A DNA stretch of 62,467 nucleotides, filler included, from Bdellovibrionota bacterium (GCA_963169515.1; 6 parts of 6 records of this genome joined end to end with filler, not necessarily neighbours in it); one strand, 5' to 3'; shown: positions 37,174-48,143, numbered from the whole stretch's first letter. Notes: a model not told the origin generated them from the sequence alone. A program made the numbers and translations.

Positions 37174-39873
37174 ATGGGGGCGAACACGAAACTTACACCT
37201 TTGATGCAACAATATTGGGACGTTAAATCGGCGCACCCAGATAAGATTGTATTTTTTCGGATGGGTGACTTTTACGAATTATTTTATGATGACGCAATCA
37301 CAGTCGCACCTATTTTAGGTATTGCGCTAACATCTAGAAATAAAAATTCAGGTGACGAGACGCCAATGTGTGGAATGCCCCATCATTCGGCGGCAAATTA
37401 CATCAATAAACTGTTGGCACAAAATTTTAAAGTGGCGATGTGCGATCAGATCGAAGACCCCAAAATGGCCAAAGGGATTGTTAAGCGTGCAGTGACGCGC
37501 ATTTTGAGCCCCGGAATGGTTTTAGACCCAGAAACTTTGGATCACCAACGCACGAACTACCTTGCTGCATACGATTTAAAAACGGTGAGTTTTTTGGAGC
37601 CTACAACAGGAGAGGCTTTTTATTACATTTTTTCAAATCCGAAAGAATTAGAAAAGCTGTTAGATTTGGTTCGCCCTGTTGAACTGGTTCTCACAAAGCA
37701 GCAAAAACATGATTTCTTAGAAGATAAAAAAAATTTAGAGGGACCACATCTTAGTGAATTTGAAGGTAACCATGCAGATTCTTGTTCGAGATATCCTGAA
37801 AGTGCCGAACGCTTAATTGCTTATGCCGTATCTATGCAAGGTGAAGAGATTTTAAAAACTCTATTGCCTTTTGAAGAACGCAAGCTTGTTAAGCGCCTAG
37901 AGCTTTCAAAAAATGTCATTCGACATCTGGAAATATTTGAAACCTATCGTGGAGAAATAAAGGGAAGCTTTTTTTCTGCAATTGATCGCACAAAAACATC
38001 TGCGGGGGCACGAAAGCTTAAAAGCTGGATATTGTTCCCATTAACAGATACAGCGGCTATTTCAAAACGGCATGATGAAATACAACATTGGATGCAGATG
38101 CCTGCCGATTTAAAAGATTTGCGAAAAATCTTAGGCCAAATGGGAGATATAGAACGACGATTGGGAAAAATTTCAAACCCCAACTGCAATGCTCAAGACT
38201 TGATTTCTTTAGCGCGATCACTTCAAGCCGGCCTGGATATCAGCCAGATTTCAGGCTTGCGGAAGCACTTAGATTTCCAGCCAGATCAAAACTTTATTGC
38301 TACTCACAATTTAGTGCAAAAAATTCTGACAACTGTTGTGGCCGAACCACCTGTAGCCACTCGCGAAGGTGGAATGATCCGTGAAAAAATAAACCCCCAA
38401 TTGGATGAACTCATTTTATTAACCACCGATTCTCAAGCGCGGCTGCTTGCGATGGAAAATCAGGAAAAAGAAGAGACGGGCATTGCTTCGCTCAAGATCC
38501 GTTATAACAATGTTTTTGGATATTATATTGAGATCACAAAAGCCCATGCCGCTAGGGCGCCAAAGCATTACATGAGAAAGCAAACATTGGCGAATGCAGA
38601 GCGGTTTATCACGCCAGAGCTACAGGAGCTTGAAAGTAAAATCTTAAGTGCTCGTACAAAGCGTTCTGAATTGGAGTATGAGATATTCAACGACCTACGC
38701 AAAACGATCCTAAATCAAGCCACAGTGCTGTTAAAGCAAAGCCATGCGTGGAGTGAGTTGGATGTTTTAACCAGCTTTGCGTGGCTTGCAATTGAAAATA
38801 ATTATTGTCGGCCGATTTTCAGTTTGAATGTATCAGTGGCCGCACTTGAAAATTCGTCGAAAAATCCTGTAAGCAATTTTTCAGGAAATTCTTCAAGGAA
38901 TTCTTTAGGAAATTCTTCAAAGACTATAATCGAAAAATCATTGGAAAGTCCCGCCAAAAGTTCATTTATGCCGGGAGAGTTAAATATTCAATCCAGCCGC
39001 CATCCGGTGATCGAACAAATAGTTCCTCGATTTGTACCAAACGACATTTTGCTGCAACCACAAGGATGTATGTTGCTCACGGGTCCCAATATGGCTGGCA
39101 AAAGCACTCTGATGCGACAGTTGGCGCTGACCAGTTTAATGGCGCAAGTGGGATCTTTTGTTCCAGCAAAAAAGGCAATTTTACCTGTTTTTGACCGTAT
39201 TTTTACAAGGATAGGCGCAAGCGATTTTTTGACAGAAGGTTTTTCAACTTTCATGGTGGAAATGATCGAGGCTGCTGAGATTTTAAATGAAGCAACGCCA
39301 AACTCACTTGTTGTATTGGACGAAATCGGTCGCGGCACCAGTACTTATGACGGTATGAGTTTGGCCCAAGCAATTTTAGAATATCTCGTGGATAAAGTGA
39401 AATGCACTACTCTTTTTGCGACCCACTATCATGAATTAACGGAGATGGATCGATGTTATCCCCAAGTCCAGAATCACCATATGAAAATAGTAGAAAGAAA
39501 TTCACAGATCGAATTTATCCACACTCTCGCAAGCGGGCCAGCAAATAAATCCTATGGTATTGAAGTGGCCCGCCGAGCCGGATTGCCAGTTTCTGTTTTG
39601 AAGCGGGCACAAAAGATTTTAAATAATACCGAATTTTTGCCACAGCAGCAGTTGAGTTTTATAAACGTACCCGACATAGAAGCACTTGACACAGAAGTAT
39701 CCGATATAGAAGTCCCCGGCGCAAAATCAGAAATTAATATTTGCAGAGCAGATTCTGGCAAAAATAGGGAGCTAGAAGCATTGCTCTCTGAGCTCAAATC
39801 CACATCTGTGGGAGAAATCACTCCTCTGGAAGCTCTTAATCGAATTGCAAAGTGGCAGGAGCGCCTGATCTAA
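37174..39873 (+). CDS. mutS: DNA mismatch repair protein MutS
   Basis: TPLMQQYW, GDFYELF, TGPNMAGKST, DEIGRGTSTYDG, FATHYHEL. Confidence 0.97.
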   Translation: MGANTKLTPLMQQYWDVKSAHPDKIVFFRMGDFYELFYDDAITVAPILGIALTSRNKNSGDETPMCGMPHHSAANYINKLLAQNFKVAMCDQIEDPKMAKGIVKRAVTRILSPGMVLDPETLDHQRTNYLAAYDLKTVSFLEPTTGEAFYYIFSNPKELEKLLDLVRPVELVLTKQQKHDFLEDKKNLEGPHLSEFEGNHADSCSRYPESAERLIAYAVSMQGEEILKTLLPFEERKLVKRLELSKNVIRHLEIFETYRGEIKGSFFSAIDRTKTSAGARKLKSWILFPLTDTAAISKRHDEIQHWMQMPADLKDLRKILGQMGDIERRLGKISNPNCNAQDLISLARSLQAGLDISQISGLRKHLDFQPDQNFIATHNLVQKILTTVVAEPPVATREGGMIREKINPQLDELILLTTDSQARLLAMENQEKEETGIASLKIRYNNVFGYYIEITKAHAARAPKHYMRKQTLANAERFITPELQELESKILSARTKRSELEYEIFNDLRKTILNQATVLLKQSHAWSELDVLTSFAWLAIENNYCRPIFSLNVSVAALENSSKNPVSNFSGNSSRNSLGNSSKTIIEKSLESPAKSSFMPGELNIQSSRHPVIEQIVPRFVPNDILLQPQGCMLLTGPNMAGKSTLMRQLALTSLMAQVGSFVPAKKAILPVFDRIFTRIGASDFLTEGFSTFMVEMIEAAEILNEATPNSLVVLDEIGRGTSTYDGMSLAQAILEYLVDKVKCTTLFATHYHELTEMDRCYPQVQNHHMKIVERNSQIEFIHTLASGPANKSYGIEVARRAGLPVSVLKRAQKILNNTEFLPQQQLSFINVPDIEALDTEVSDIEVPGAKSEINICRADSGKNRELEALLSELKSTSVGEITPLEALNRIAKWQERLI

Positions 39874-39914
39874 GGGGCGCTCGGATCTAAGGCTGACACT
39901 TCGGACGATTGCAA

Positions 39915-40817
39915 TTAGCTATAATCTAAATTTCTAATTTGGTTATGCCCCCGACACAATAATCTTAAATTTTCTAACGTCGCTTTACCTCCCGCATAGA
40001 TAGGTTGTATGTGATCAATTTCTAGAAAATGACTGGAATCACATTGTTTTCCCGTTTCAGCATCTCTATAAGTACAACGGCCACCATCCCTCATCCAAAC
40101 CTCAGATCGGAGAGGGGCTGGAATATATCTGATGTATTTTGAAATTTTCCCGGCGTCTATAGCTCGTGTTCTATCGCTTTTGTCTCGGTCTCCTCTGCTA
40201 TTTTTAATATTGGGATCAATTTTCTTTAAAATAAAATCACACATATCGTTGATAAGATTTTCATAAGACAAATTGGGATTTTTGTGCGAGCGCAAAGCCT
40301 TGATCCTGTTCAATTTGCGAATCACGTCGTTATTCACCGTAAGTTGAATTTGAGTTGTTGAATGGGTCATCATTTTAAACCGGGCTTTTGGCATAAAGAG
40401 ATCCTTGGCCTCTGTGTGTTGCAAAAGAATTTTTTCGGTTTCAAATTTTGATTTGTTTTCAATTTTTTTTAATACACTTCTTTTCTCTGCGGGGGTTAAC
40501 TGCTCACGCCTAAAAAGTGTCTGGGCCATGGCCAAAGTTGTGAGTGATAGCGCCCCGTCATCTAGCTTTTCTTTGATTTCAGGTAGCTCACGCGCAATTC
40601 GAACAGTGGCAATTCGCCGATAAGCACAGGCTTCGGAATATCCCAGTGCCTGGTTGCAATAGGCAAAAAGAGTCGGATAGCCCATCTTTAAATGGATTTT
40701 TTCATCTGCAACCCGTTGCAACCCTTCAATAATTTTACTGGTTAGAGCCCTCTCTTCGCGAACTAAATTTAAAATTTCATTGTGTAAGTGTTCATGCTTA
40801 TTGTTTGCACTTTCCAA
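39915..40817 (-). CDS. HNH endonuclease with DUF222-like helical N-terminus
   Basis: VWMRDGGRC...C...EIDHIQPIYAGG...NLRLLCRGHN. Confidence 0.88.
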   Translation of the reverse strand: MESANNKHEHLHNEILNLVREERALTSKIIEGLQRVADEKIHLKMGYPTLFAYCNQALGYSEACAYRRIATVRIARELPEIKEKLDDGALSLTTLAMAQTLFRREQLTPAEKRSVLKKIENKSKFETEKILLQHTEAKDLFMPKARFKMMTHSTTQIQLTVNNDVIRKLNRIKALRSHKNPNLSYENLINDMCDFILKKIDPNIKNSRGDRDKSDRTRAIDAGKISKYIRYIPAPLRSEVWMRDGGRCTYRDAETGKQCDSSHFLEIDHIQPIYAGGKATLENLRLLCRGHNQIRNLDYS

Positions 40818-40843
40818 GAGAACCTCCCATTCATGGTGGCGCC

Positions 40844-40872
40844 AAACTATGCGTATATTATGCGTAAGTCAA
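40844..40872 (-). promoter_or_regulatory. sigma70-type promoter with a direct-repeat operator in its spacer
   Basis: TTGACT-N17-TAGTTT; TATGCGTA repeated at 40848 and 40859. Confidence 0.6.
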
Positions 40873-41096
40873 GCAAAGGGATTTTTTGAATGACGCAGTT
40901 ATTCGTCTCCATGAGAGAAATTTGAAGCACAGTCTTGTGATCAATCTTAGCCCCACGATGCATTGGAAACATTGGTGACCAAAGCTACAAAAGCCCGCCG
41001 GATCCATTTTAAGATAATGGGTAAGGTTTTTGATCAAAGAATTTGGCTTTTAGAAATTAGAAAATTCCTGATCTTATCGTTGGCTAACCATTAAGG

Positions 41097-41540
41097 TTAT
41101 TTATCGCCGTAATAATATGATTGAGTACAAATCTCTGAGTCCGATAATCCGGTTACCGTAACCCCATCAGGTGGTAAATGAATACGCGGACCTTCTTGAT
41201 CGACCCCAGGAACAACAGAACAAAGATACTTTTGATTCCGATCACCGGAATCTTCCAAAATTATTCCTAGTAATGTATTCGATGAATCAAAACATAAAAT
41301 AAGGCGAGACATATCGCCGTCTTGTACGAGCAAGGAAAACTGAGATTTGATATGTCGGGTCTCTGGAGTGTCAAATGTCATAAACTGGTTTGAATCAATC
41401 ATCAAGCTTTGGTTGCGTGCCGAGCAAACGACCATTGAATTTTGAAAATTACACGCTTTTGGGCCCCTAACTGCAGTATGAGCAAATCCAAATACAGGTG
41501 TAACCAGGACAGCGAATACATATAATTTAAAGGCCTTCAT
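41097..41540 (-). CDS. Secreted Cys-containing hypothetical protein
   Basis: GGAG RBS; signal peptide MKAFKLYVFAVLVTPVFGFA. Confidence 0.7.
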   Translation of the reverse strand: MKAFKLYVFAVLVTPVFGFAHTAVRGPKACNFQNSMVVCSARNQSLMIDSNQFMTFDTPETRHIKSQFSLLVQDGDMSRLILCFDSSNTLLGIILEDSGDRNQKYLCSVVPGVDQEGPRIHLPPDGVTVTGLSDSEICTQSYYYGDK

Positions 41541-42124
41541 AAAAACTCCATTGTAATCTATTCTCAAATCAGCCAATTTTTGACAGCCTACAAGTTGTCA
41601 AAACCTATACATCTACATCTATAAACTTCTTGTGCTTATGCATGGAAAAAGCGTGCCTGACGGCCTACAACCGGAGGCTATCCCAGCTACGAGTCAAAAG
41701 ACGCTGGCCTTGTAGCGCAGCCTTTCGTCTCCAGGAGAGCCTTGAAACCAACAGCACTAAGTCGTATTTTTTTGAAGGCTACTCAGACATTTTTTAAGGT
41801 TTGCGCTTTTGCTTAACTCAAAAATAATTTATCGGCTTCATTAAGCATAGTTTGTGAGCATTTATAGGCATGGACTGTAAAAATCTGAAACCGAGCTGGC
41901 ATTTGGGCTTGTCGTGGCAGTTAAGTATTTGAAACTTCAGAAATCAAAAAACAGTTACATAATATTTATTTGTATAAAAATACTAACCGAGCAGGACAAA
42001 AAAACCGTCTAGTTTTTAGAAAGTTTCAGTTTTTAGGTATTGCTCTAAAGACTAAATGCTGACAGACTTTTATAGAGTAGAGTCGAATGGGGTTTTTATT
42101 AACACTTAAGTAGGAGGAGCAAGG

Positions 42125-42493
42125 ATGCTCAGAGATGTCCTAATTAACCAAAAAGGTTTATCAAACAGAGAAGCGGAAGTTGCAGAACTCGTGACAAAAG
42201 GCTTGTCCAACAAGGAAGTTGCTAACCAACTTTTTGTTACAGAAAAAACTGTAAAATTCCATCTTACTAACATTTACAAAAAGATGAATTTGAAGTCTCG
42301 TGCTCAGCTCATCGTATGGTGTATGCCGCATTTTTCTTTTGCGGAGACAGCGCCAGCACAAGCGCCATCGGCACAAGCGTCTTCAAACGCAGCTCCACGC
42401 CCAGCGGATGCAAGTCAGAATACAATTCCATCTGGCTTAACAACTGTTGGTGGACGCAGCGATATCGATAGCGGAAGCGGATTCGGTATTTAA
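42125..42493 (+). CDS. LuxR/GerE-type HTH regulator
   Basis: LSNREAEVAELVTKGLSNKEVANQLFVTEKTVKFHLTNIYKKM; GGAGGAG RBS. Confidence 0.92.
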   Translation: MLRDVLINQKGLSNREAEVAELVTKGLSNKEVANQLFVTEKTVKFHLTNIYKKMNLKSRAQLIVWCMPHFSFAETAPAQAPSAQASSNAAPRPADASQNTIPSGLTTVGGRSDIDSGSGFGI

Positions 42494-42522
42494 TCAAAAC
42501 TTTTCTAGTGTAGGAGGGGGCC

Positions 42523-42999
42523 ATGGGAGACGCGAACAGTGTTTCCTCTTCTCAGGTGCAAATGACTGAGCTGGTTCTCCCCTCACACACAAATGCTCTT
42601 GGAAGTATTTTTGGCGGCGTGATTATGTCGTGGATCGACATCGCCGCAGCTATCTGTGCCAGCCGGCACTCTCGAAAAACAGCTGTCACTGCCAGTATTG
42701 ATGCCTTAAACTTTGTGGCACCCGTTTACAAAGGGTGGATTGTAAATCTAAAAGCCAGTGTCAATTATGCCGGAAAAAGCTCAATGGAAATCGGCGTTCG
42801 TGTCGATGCAGAAAACCCACGTACAGGAGAGATGTTTCACACGGCATCCGCCTATCTGACCTTCGTTGCAGTGGATGAAAAATGGAAGCCTGTTTCTATC
42901 CCAAAACTTATTGCCGAAACGCCGGAACAAAAGCGTCGTATGGAAGCTGCAGAGGAGCGGCGAAGAGTAAGGCTTGCTCAGAAAACAAGCAAATCTTAA
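42523..42999 (+). CDS. Acyl-CoA thioesterase (YciA-like hotdog fold)
   Basis: N.LGSIFGGVIMSWID, SSMEIGV, TFVAVD. Confidence 0.92.
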   Translation: MGDANSVSSSQVQMTELVLPSHTNALGSIFGGVIMSWIDIAAAICASRHSRKTAVTASIDALNFVAPVYKGWIVNLKASVNYAGKSSMEIGVRVDAENPRTGEMFHTASAYLTFVAVDEKWKPVSIPKLIAETPEQKRRMEAAEERRRVRLAQKTSKS

Positions 43000-44346
43000 T
43001 TATTTTAAGTACTGTCTGACTTCCCATGGGCGAATATATTCGACGGGGATGGGCCGCGTGGACATAAACACCCCATAAACTTCGCTTTTGTGAAATGAAC
43101 CATGCATGGCATGCAGACCTGACAAATAAGTTAAAATTTCTAATGTCATATTTGTAAAAGCATAGCCACGTTCAGCGGCTGCTAGCACTGGCGCCGGATT
43201 TTTTGCGTTTTTGTAAAAACCTTCCCATGCATTGACCAAAGAATTCGGAAAATCTGTCGACTGTGAACTGTAAAAATATTCATCCCATGACAATTCGATA
43301 GATTTTACAATTGAGTTATTGGGGCCGCTTGTCTTTTTAAAAAGAGCAATTTGTTTGAGCGAATCTTCGCCGCGTAAGACTTTATATCCAACTTTGCGCT
43401 TTTCAGGGTTAATGGAGATTTGCGTGGCGCCGGATTTAGAATATACATTGATGACATTTTCTTTCTCAAGGGCAAGTGTTACATGGATGCCTTTGAGTTT
43501 TGCAAGGTCTTGAGCAAATTTTTTTTCTTGTTTGGGCAGGACATAAAAAGCGCCAAATGCAATGATTTCTGGCGCGACAAAAGCGTATTCGGTGGGCTTT
43601 GCCAGTTGAGAATTCCAATGCCAACCGAATTTTTCAAGCGGCTTTAGATCGATCCCTTTTGGCTCGACCCAATCGTTGCCATGGTCGCTCACAATGATAA
43701 AATCAAGTGTTCGCTTAAACTTTTCATGGTATTTTTTCCGCAAATCTTTGAGTTTGCCTTCTGTAAATTTTAAATATTTTAATGTCTCTTTTTTACCGGA
43801 CACGTGACTGATAAAATCCGTGTTGACCACGAAGGCGCTGAACGGTGATTTAGGATTTTTTTGTTCGAGAAGCGTTCTCTCTAAATCATCGATCCAATAG
43901 TGGGCTGTTGTTTTTGTCCACACAACATTCATTGCGTGTTCCAATGGAGATTCAGTTTTGTAATTGAATTTTTTTTCAAAGGCGGGTGTATATGTAATGT
44001 GCTTCAAAATATTACCGACCTCTTTTCCAACACCGTTGCGATCTTTGTATGACATTAAAAAATGCGCTTTGGTGTAACTGGGCTCAACGGGCGCGCTCAT
44101 AATTTGGGCCCAATTAGGGTCTGAAATAGAGGGGAACGTGGCTACCATGGGAATCGGTGGCTGGAAATCGCGAAAATAGCCGCCACGATACATCTCCATG
44201 ACAGTCTCATAGCCAATTCCATCAAAACCAACCATAAGCAGGTCAGAGTCTTGAATTTTTACAGCTGTGGATTGCAATGGAATGGTCAAAAAAAGAATCG
44301 AAAAAAAGCCAAGCCAGGCAAAAAAATTGGGGCGTAACATAATCAT
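43000..44346 (-). CDS. Alkaline phosphatase/NPP superfamily secreted enzyme
   Basis: FDG, TFPSISDPNW, DFISH, SDHG, HGS. Confidence 0.8.
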   Translation of the reverse strand: MIMLRPNFFAWLGFFSILFLTIPLQSTAVKIQDSDLLMVGFDGIGYETVMEMYRGGYFRDFQPPIPMVATFPSISDPNWAQIMSAPVEPSYTKAHFLMSYKDRNGVGKEVGNILKHITYTPAFEKKFNYKTESPLEHAMNVVWTKTTAHYWIDDLERTLLEQKNPKSPFSAFVVNTDFISHVSGKKETLKYLKFTEGKLKDLRKKYHEKFKRTLDFIIVSDHGNDWVEPKGIDLKPLEKFGWHWNSQLAKPTEYAFVAPEIIAFGAFYVLPKQEKKFAQDLAKLKGIHVTLALEKENVINVYSKSGATQISINPEKRKVGYKVLRGEDSLKQIALFKKTSGPNNSIVKSIELSWDEYFYSSQSTDFPNSLVNAWEGFYKNAKNPAPVLAAAERGYAFTNMTLEILTYLSGLHAMHGSFHKSEVYGVFMSTRPIPVEYIRPWEVRQYLK

Positions 44347-44434
44347 TGGTCACCAATTAACTATTTGAAAATTTTCATTGTTTTTGTATTTAGTCAACAG
44401 TTATAAAATGAGTATTCTACAGGGAGAATTTAAA

Positions 44435-44995
44435 ATGCTTAAGATCAGCCAGACGACTACTACGACGGAAACATTTGCTACCATCAGAAGTGCACTTCCC
44501 ATTTTTGCTGCGACAATTTTTATAGCGTTGATGGCTCAAATCTCAATTCCGTTGCCGTTCACGGTTGTGCCAGTCACAGGCCAAACATTTGCGGTTTTTT
44601 TGATTTCAGCGGTGTTGACACCTAAAAAAGCTGTGGGGTCTGTGTTGAATTACATTTTTCTTGGCGCCATGGGTGTTCCTGTATTTGCAATGTCAACCGC
44701 AGGGACAGCAATTTTGATGGGGCCAACGACAGGTTACATTTTGGGTTTTGTTGTTTCGAGTTTTATCGTTTCTGCACTGATCCACACTTTAAGGCCACAA
44801 CGGATCATTACAATAGCCCTAAGTATGTGGGTGGGCTCGCTCGTTGTCTTTTCGTTCGGGTATCTGTGGCTGGGCCATTTTACAGGATACGACAAAGCTT
44901 TTGCAATGGGCGTTCTGCCGTTTTTGCCAGGTGATCTGGTTAAGATTTTTCTGGCAGCAACCAGCTATAAGCTATATATTCATTTCATTAAATAG
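44435..44995 (+). CDS. bioY: Biotin transporter BioY
   Basis: PFTVVPVTGQT, GPTTGYILGF, GVLPFLPGDLVK. Confidence 0.92.
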   Translation: MLKISQTTTTTETFATIRSALPIFAATIFIALMAQISIPLPFTVVPVTGQTFAVFLISAVLTPKKAVGSVLNYIFLGAMGVPVFAMSTAGTAILMGPTTGYILGFVVSSFIVSALIHTLRPQRIITIALSMWVGSLVVFSFGYLWLGHFTGYDKAFAMGVLPFLPGDLVKIFLAATSYKLYIHFIK

Positions 44996-45014
44996 CTGAG
45001 TCATGGGGTGAAAG

Positions 45015-45299
45015 ATGAATCATGTCGACTCAAAAATGTCTGCTGACAAGCAAGAGTTAGTAAAAAAAATCATAAAAGAATTGAATCTAGACAGAATGGT
45101 TGTCACGTTTGACGAAAAAAATCAGGAGTTTGAATTTGTCCTAGATCGCCGAACGGTTGCTGTTCCATTGAAGTTAGCGCAAGGGGAAGTTGACGAATCC
45201 GTAAGGTACTTGTTTAGATCAATTCTCATGTCACCAAATGCAAAATGGAATCGCGCTGCTGATAACAACGACTGGCACGTCAAAAACCCATACAAATAA
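45015..45299 (+). CDS. Hypothetical protein
   Basis: 94-aa ORF with GGGGTG RBS. Confidence 0.6.
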   Translation: MNHVDSKMSADKQELVKKIIKELNLDRMVVTFDEKNQEFEFVLDRRTVAVPLKLAQGEVDESVRYLFRSILMSPNAKWNRAADNNDWHVKNPYK

Positions 45300-45364
45300 T
45301 TTCTTGTGAGCCTAGTTTTTAGGGAATATGATCTAGATCAGTATGCAAGCAAAGGAGATCATCT

Positions 45365-45544
45365 ATGGATTGGGCGTTATTTTCGCAGTCGGGCTTTGAG
45401 TTTGTTTTCCGATGGATTCATTTTTTATCTGGCATTACGTGGATTGGGATGCTGTATTACATGAATTTTTCTCAAGGAGGATTTTTTAACTCGACGACAC
45501 CACAAGTAAAAATAGCTGCGCAAACAGGTTTATTGCCAAACGTG
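45365..45544 (+). CDS. PuuD/urate-oxidase-N-like membrane protein (3' truncated)
   Basis: FRWIHFLSGITWIGMLYYMNF. Confidence 0.7.
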
Positions 45545-45644
45545 NNNNNNNNNNNNNNNNNNNNNNNNNNNNNNNNNNNNNNNNNNNNTTAATTAATTAA
45601 NNNNNNNNNNNNNNNNNNNNNNNNNNNNNNNNNNNNNNNNNNNN
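45545..45644. other. Artificial contig linker
   Basis: N44-TTAATTAATTAA-N44. Confidence 0.98.
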
Positions 45645-46802
45645 ACCGCGGTCACGAGAACGGTGAGGATCGATACGATAGAAACGTTCAAATAGCCGAG
45701 GTATATGTTCTGCTGCAATGCCCGGTCCGTTGTCTCTGCAAATTAGATTCACATGGGAATTTTCTTTGCTCCACTCAAGCTGTATTTCTGTTCCCTGTGG
45801 GGTATAACGAAGAGCATTTTGAATCAGATTGGTAATGACCTGTTCAACCAATCTTCCGTCACAGTTCAGTTCCTCGACCAAGTAACTCTCTTTTAGTTTA
45901 AAATTTCTATTTTGAATTTCAGCACTGAATGGCTTCAAAGCATTTTGAGTGATCAATCTTAGGTTTTCTTTATTTTTTGGCAGTTCAACATCAGATTCAA
46001 GCGTCGACAACTGCAAAAGATCCTGTACCAGAAAATTAAGGCGAGCCACATTTTCTTCGATTACAACAAGATCACCTTGGATTTGCGCATAATCCTTGTT
46101 CTTCACATCTTCTTTCATACTTTGCACATAACCTGAAATTGATGTCAGCGGTGTCCGCAATTCATGGGACACATTTGAAACAAAATCTGTTTTTACTCGA
46201 TCCAATCGACGCATTTCTGTAACATCAGAAAAAATCATAAGAACGTCACGCAAGCCAGCCTCGTTACGCTTGGCGTACGGAATTTTAATCACAATATAAT
46301 CACGCTTTGCCTGAGAACCTTCTGGCTTCAACTTCATTTCGCGCGACGACGCCTTCTTTTCATCCAATGCCTCTCGAAAAAATTCAACAAAATCTGGCTC
46401 CCTGAAAATTTCCAACAGGGGCAAAACATTACCTCTCTCTATGTTCTTAAACTCTTTACAAAAGGCTTGATTGGCAAGAATAACTTTCCCATCTGGCTTT
46501 GTAATAAGCGACGGCATCGGCAGATAATTTATTAGCCTTTTCAGAGCTTTTTGTATTTTTTCTTCGGAATGTTGGCTGTCGTCGAAAAAATGTTGCACAT
46601 CCATAATTTCTTGCTCTATCGCATTCCAAAAATCAGGCAACTCTGACATCAATTGTTCTGGCCTATCTGCAAATGTTTCGAATTGTTTGAGCGCTCGAAT
46701 TTTTTCTAAAATACTGGGGACGGGTTCGTAGATTTTCTTTTTTATCCAAAGATAAATAATAATGTATGAGAAAATGACAAATACTAGTATTGAAATGATC
46801 AT
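45645..46802 (-). CDS. phoR: Phosphate regulon sensor kinase (3' truncated)
   Basis: FVSNVSHELRTPLT, HIPRLFERFYRID; operon context. Confidence 0.9.
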
Positions 46803-47485
46803 GCCTGAGCTCTGTACCCAACTCCCCTAACAGTTTCAATCACGTCCGCACAGTTTCCAAGCTTTTTTCTTAGACTTACCATGTGTGTGTCAATAGAACG
46901 TTCAACAACCACCACCCCTTCACCCTGCACTGCAGGCACCAGCTGTTTCCGTGTCATAACTTTGCCAGGATTTAAAAGCATTGCTCGCAACAGCTTGAAC
47001 TCGGAAACAGTCAATTCAACCTTTTCACCATGACATTTTACTTCATGGATATCTGTATCCAACTCGAGTCCGTTCAAGGACAATTTTGAAGGCAATGCCT
47101 CGGCTTTTTTAGCATATCGCCTAAGAACAGCTTTTGCTCGTGCCTTTAGAACACTTAATTCAAAGGGCTTAGTTACATAGTCGTCGGCACCAGACTCTAG
47201 GCCTAAAACGATGTCCTCATTTTGAACTTTGGCCGTAACCATTAGCACACCAAATCCCATTTCTTCTTTCCGATTTTTGACCCGGGATAAAATTTCAATC
47301 CCACTCGCTTGCGGCAACATCCAGTCCAACACGAGCAAATCATAGTGAGTGGACTGAATTTTATGTATGGCTTCATTACCGTCAAATACTTGATCGATTA
47401 TGTAACCATCCTTTTGTAAGCTCATAGCAATTAAATTGCTGATAGATTTTTCATCCTCAATAACAAGAACTCTAGGGTTTTTCAT
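46799..47485 (-). CDS. phoB: PhoB-type response regulator
   Basis: LDWMLP, GADDYVTKPF, IETVRGVGY. Confidence 0.9.
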   Translation of the reverse strand: MKNPRVLVIEDEKSISNLIAMSLQKDGYIIDQVFDGNEAIHKIQSTHYDLLVLDWMLPQASGIEILSRVKNRKEEMGFGVLMVTAKVQNEDIVLGLESGADDYVTKPFELSVLKARAKAVLRRYAKKAEALPSKLSLNGLELDTDIHEVKCHGEKVELTVSEFKLLRAMLLNPGKVMTRKQLVPAVQGEGVVVVERSIDTHMVSLRKKLGNCADVIETVRGVGYRAQA

Positions 47486-48143
47486 TAACAAGCCCCCCAT
47501 GCCTAATATCATCGCCAGATAAAATGAAAATGATATCTTCGGCAATATTTGTTGCATGGTCACCCATACGTTCCAAATTTTTTGCAATAAATATAAAATC
47601 AACTCCAGAATCAACAGCCGTGGAGTCTTGCTTCATAATTTGTCGAACAAAATCATTAATTTTATGGCGAAGCGAATCTACAACATCGTCCCTTTTTAAT
47701 ACCTCTTCTGCCTTGTTTTCATCTTCAGAAACAAACGCATCTAATACATTCTTAACCATCCACCGCACTTCGGAAATCAAGAGCAGGAAGTCTTTATCTA
47801 CAGGAAGCTCCTTATGGGTTAAGTAAAACTTTACATTTCGAGAGACGTTCACCGCGAGATCGCCCATTCGCTCCAAATCGCTATTGATTTTAATCGAAGC
47901 CAAAATGCGGCGCAAATCCGTTGCAAACGGCGACAATTTAGCCAAAAGGTTTAAGCAGTGCTTATCGATCAGCACATGAGAACGGTTAATCTCTTTTTCG
48001 AGTCGCTCAGGGTTTTCGAGTCGACTGGCGTCCCGTTGTATTAGCGCTTGGGTTGCTTCCTCAAGGGCCTTTTCCACATAACCCCCCATTGTTAGAAGCT
48101 CATTTTTCAATTGTTCGAAATCAGTTTTCCCAAATTGTTCCAC
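47472..48143 (-). CDS. phoU: Phosphate signalling protein PhoU
   Basis: DLERMGDLA and LERMGDHATNIAE; GGAGG RBS before GTG. Confidence 0.95.
   Translation of the reverse strand: MEQFGKTDFEQLKNELLTMGGYVEKALEEATQALIQRDASRLENPERLEKEINRSHVLIDKHCLNLLAKLSPFATDLRRILASIKINSDLERMGDLAVNVSRNVKFYLTHKELPVDKDFLLLISEVRWMVKNVLDAFVSEDENKAEEVLKRDDVVDSLRHKINDFVRQIMKQDSTAVDSGVDFIFIAKNLERMGDHATNIAEDIIFILSGDDIRHGGLVNEKP

Noticed and set aside
39915..40817. IscB/Cas9-like RNA-guided nuclease
   Set aside because: No PLMP or RuvC motifs, only a C-terminal HNH; no CRISPR array in the window.
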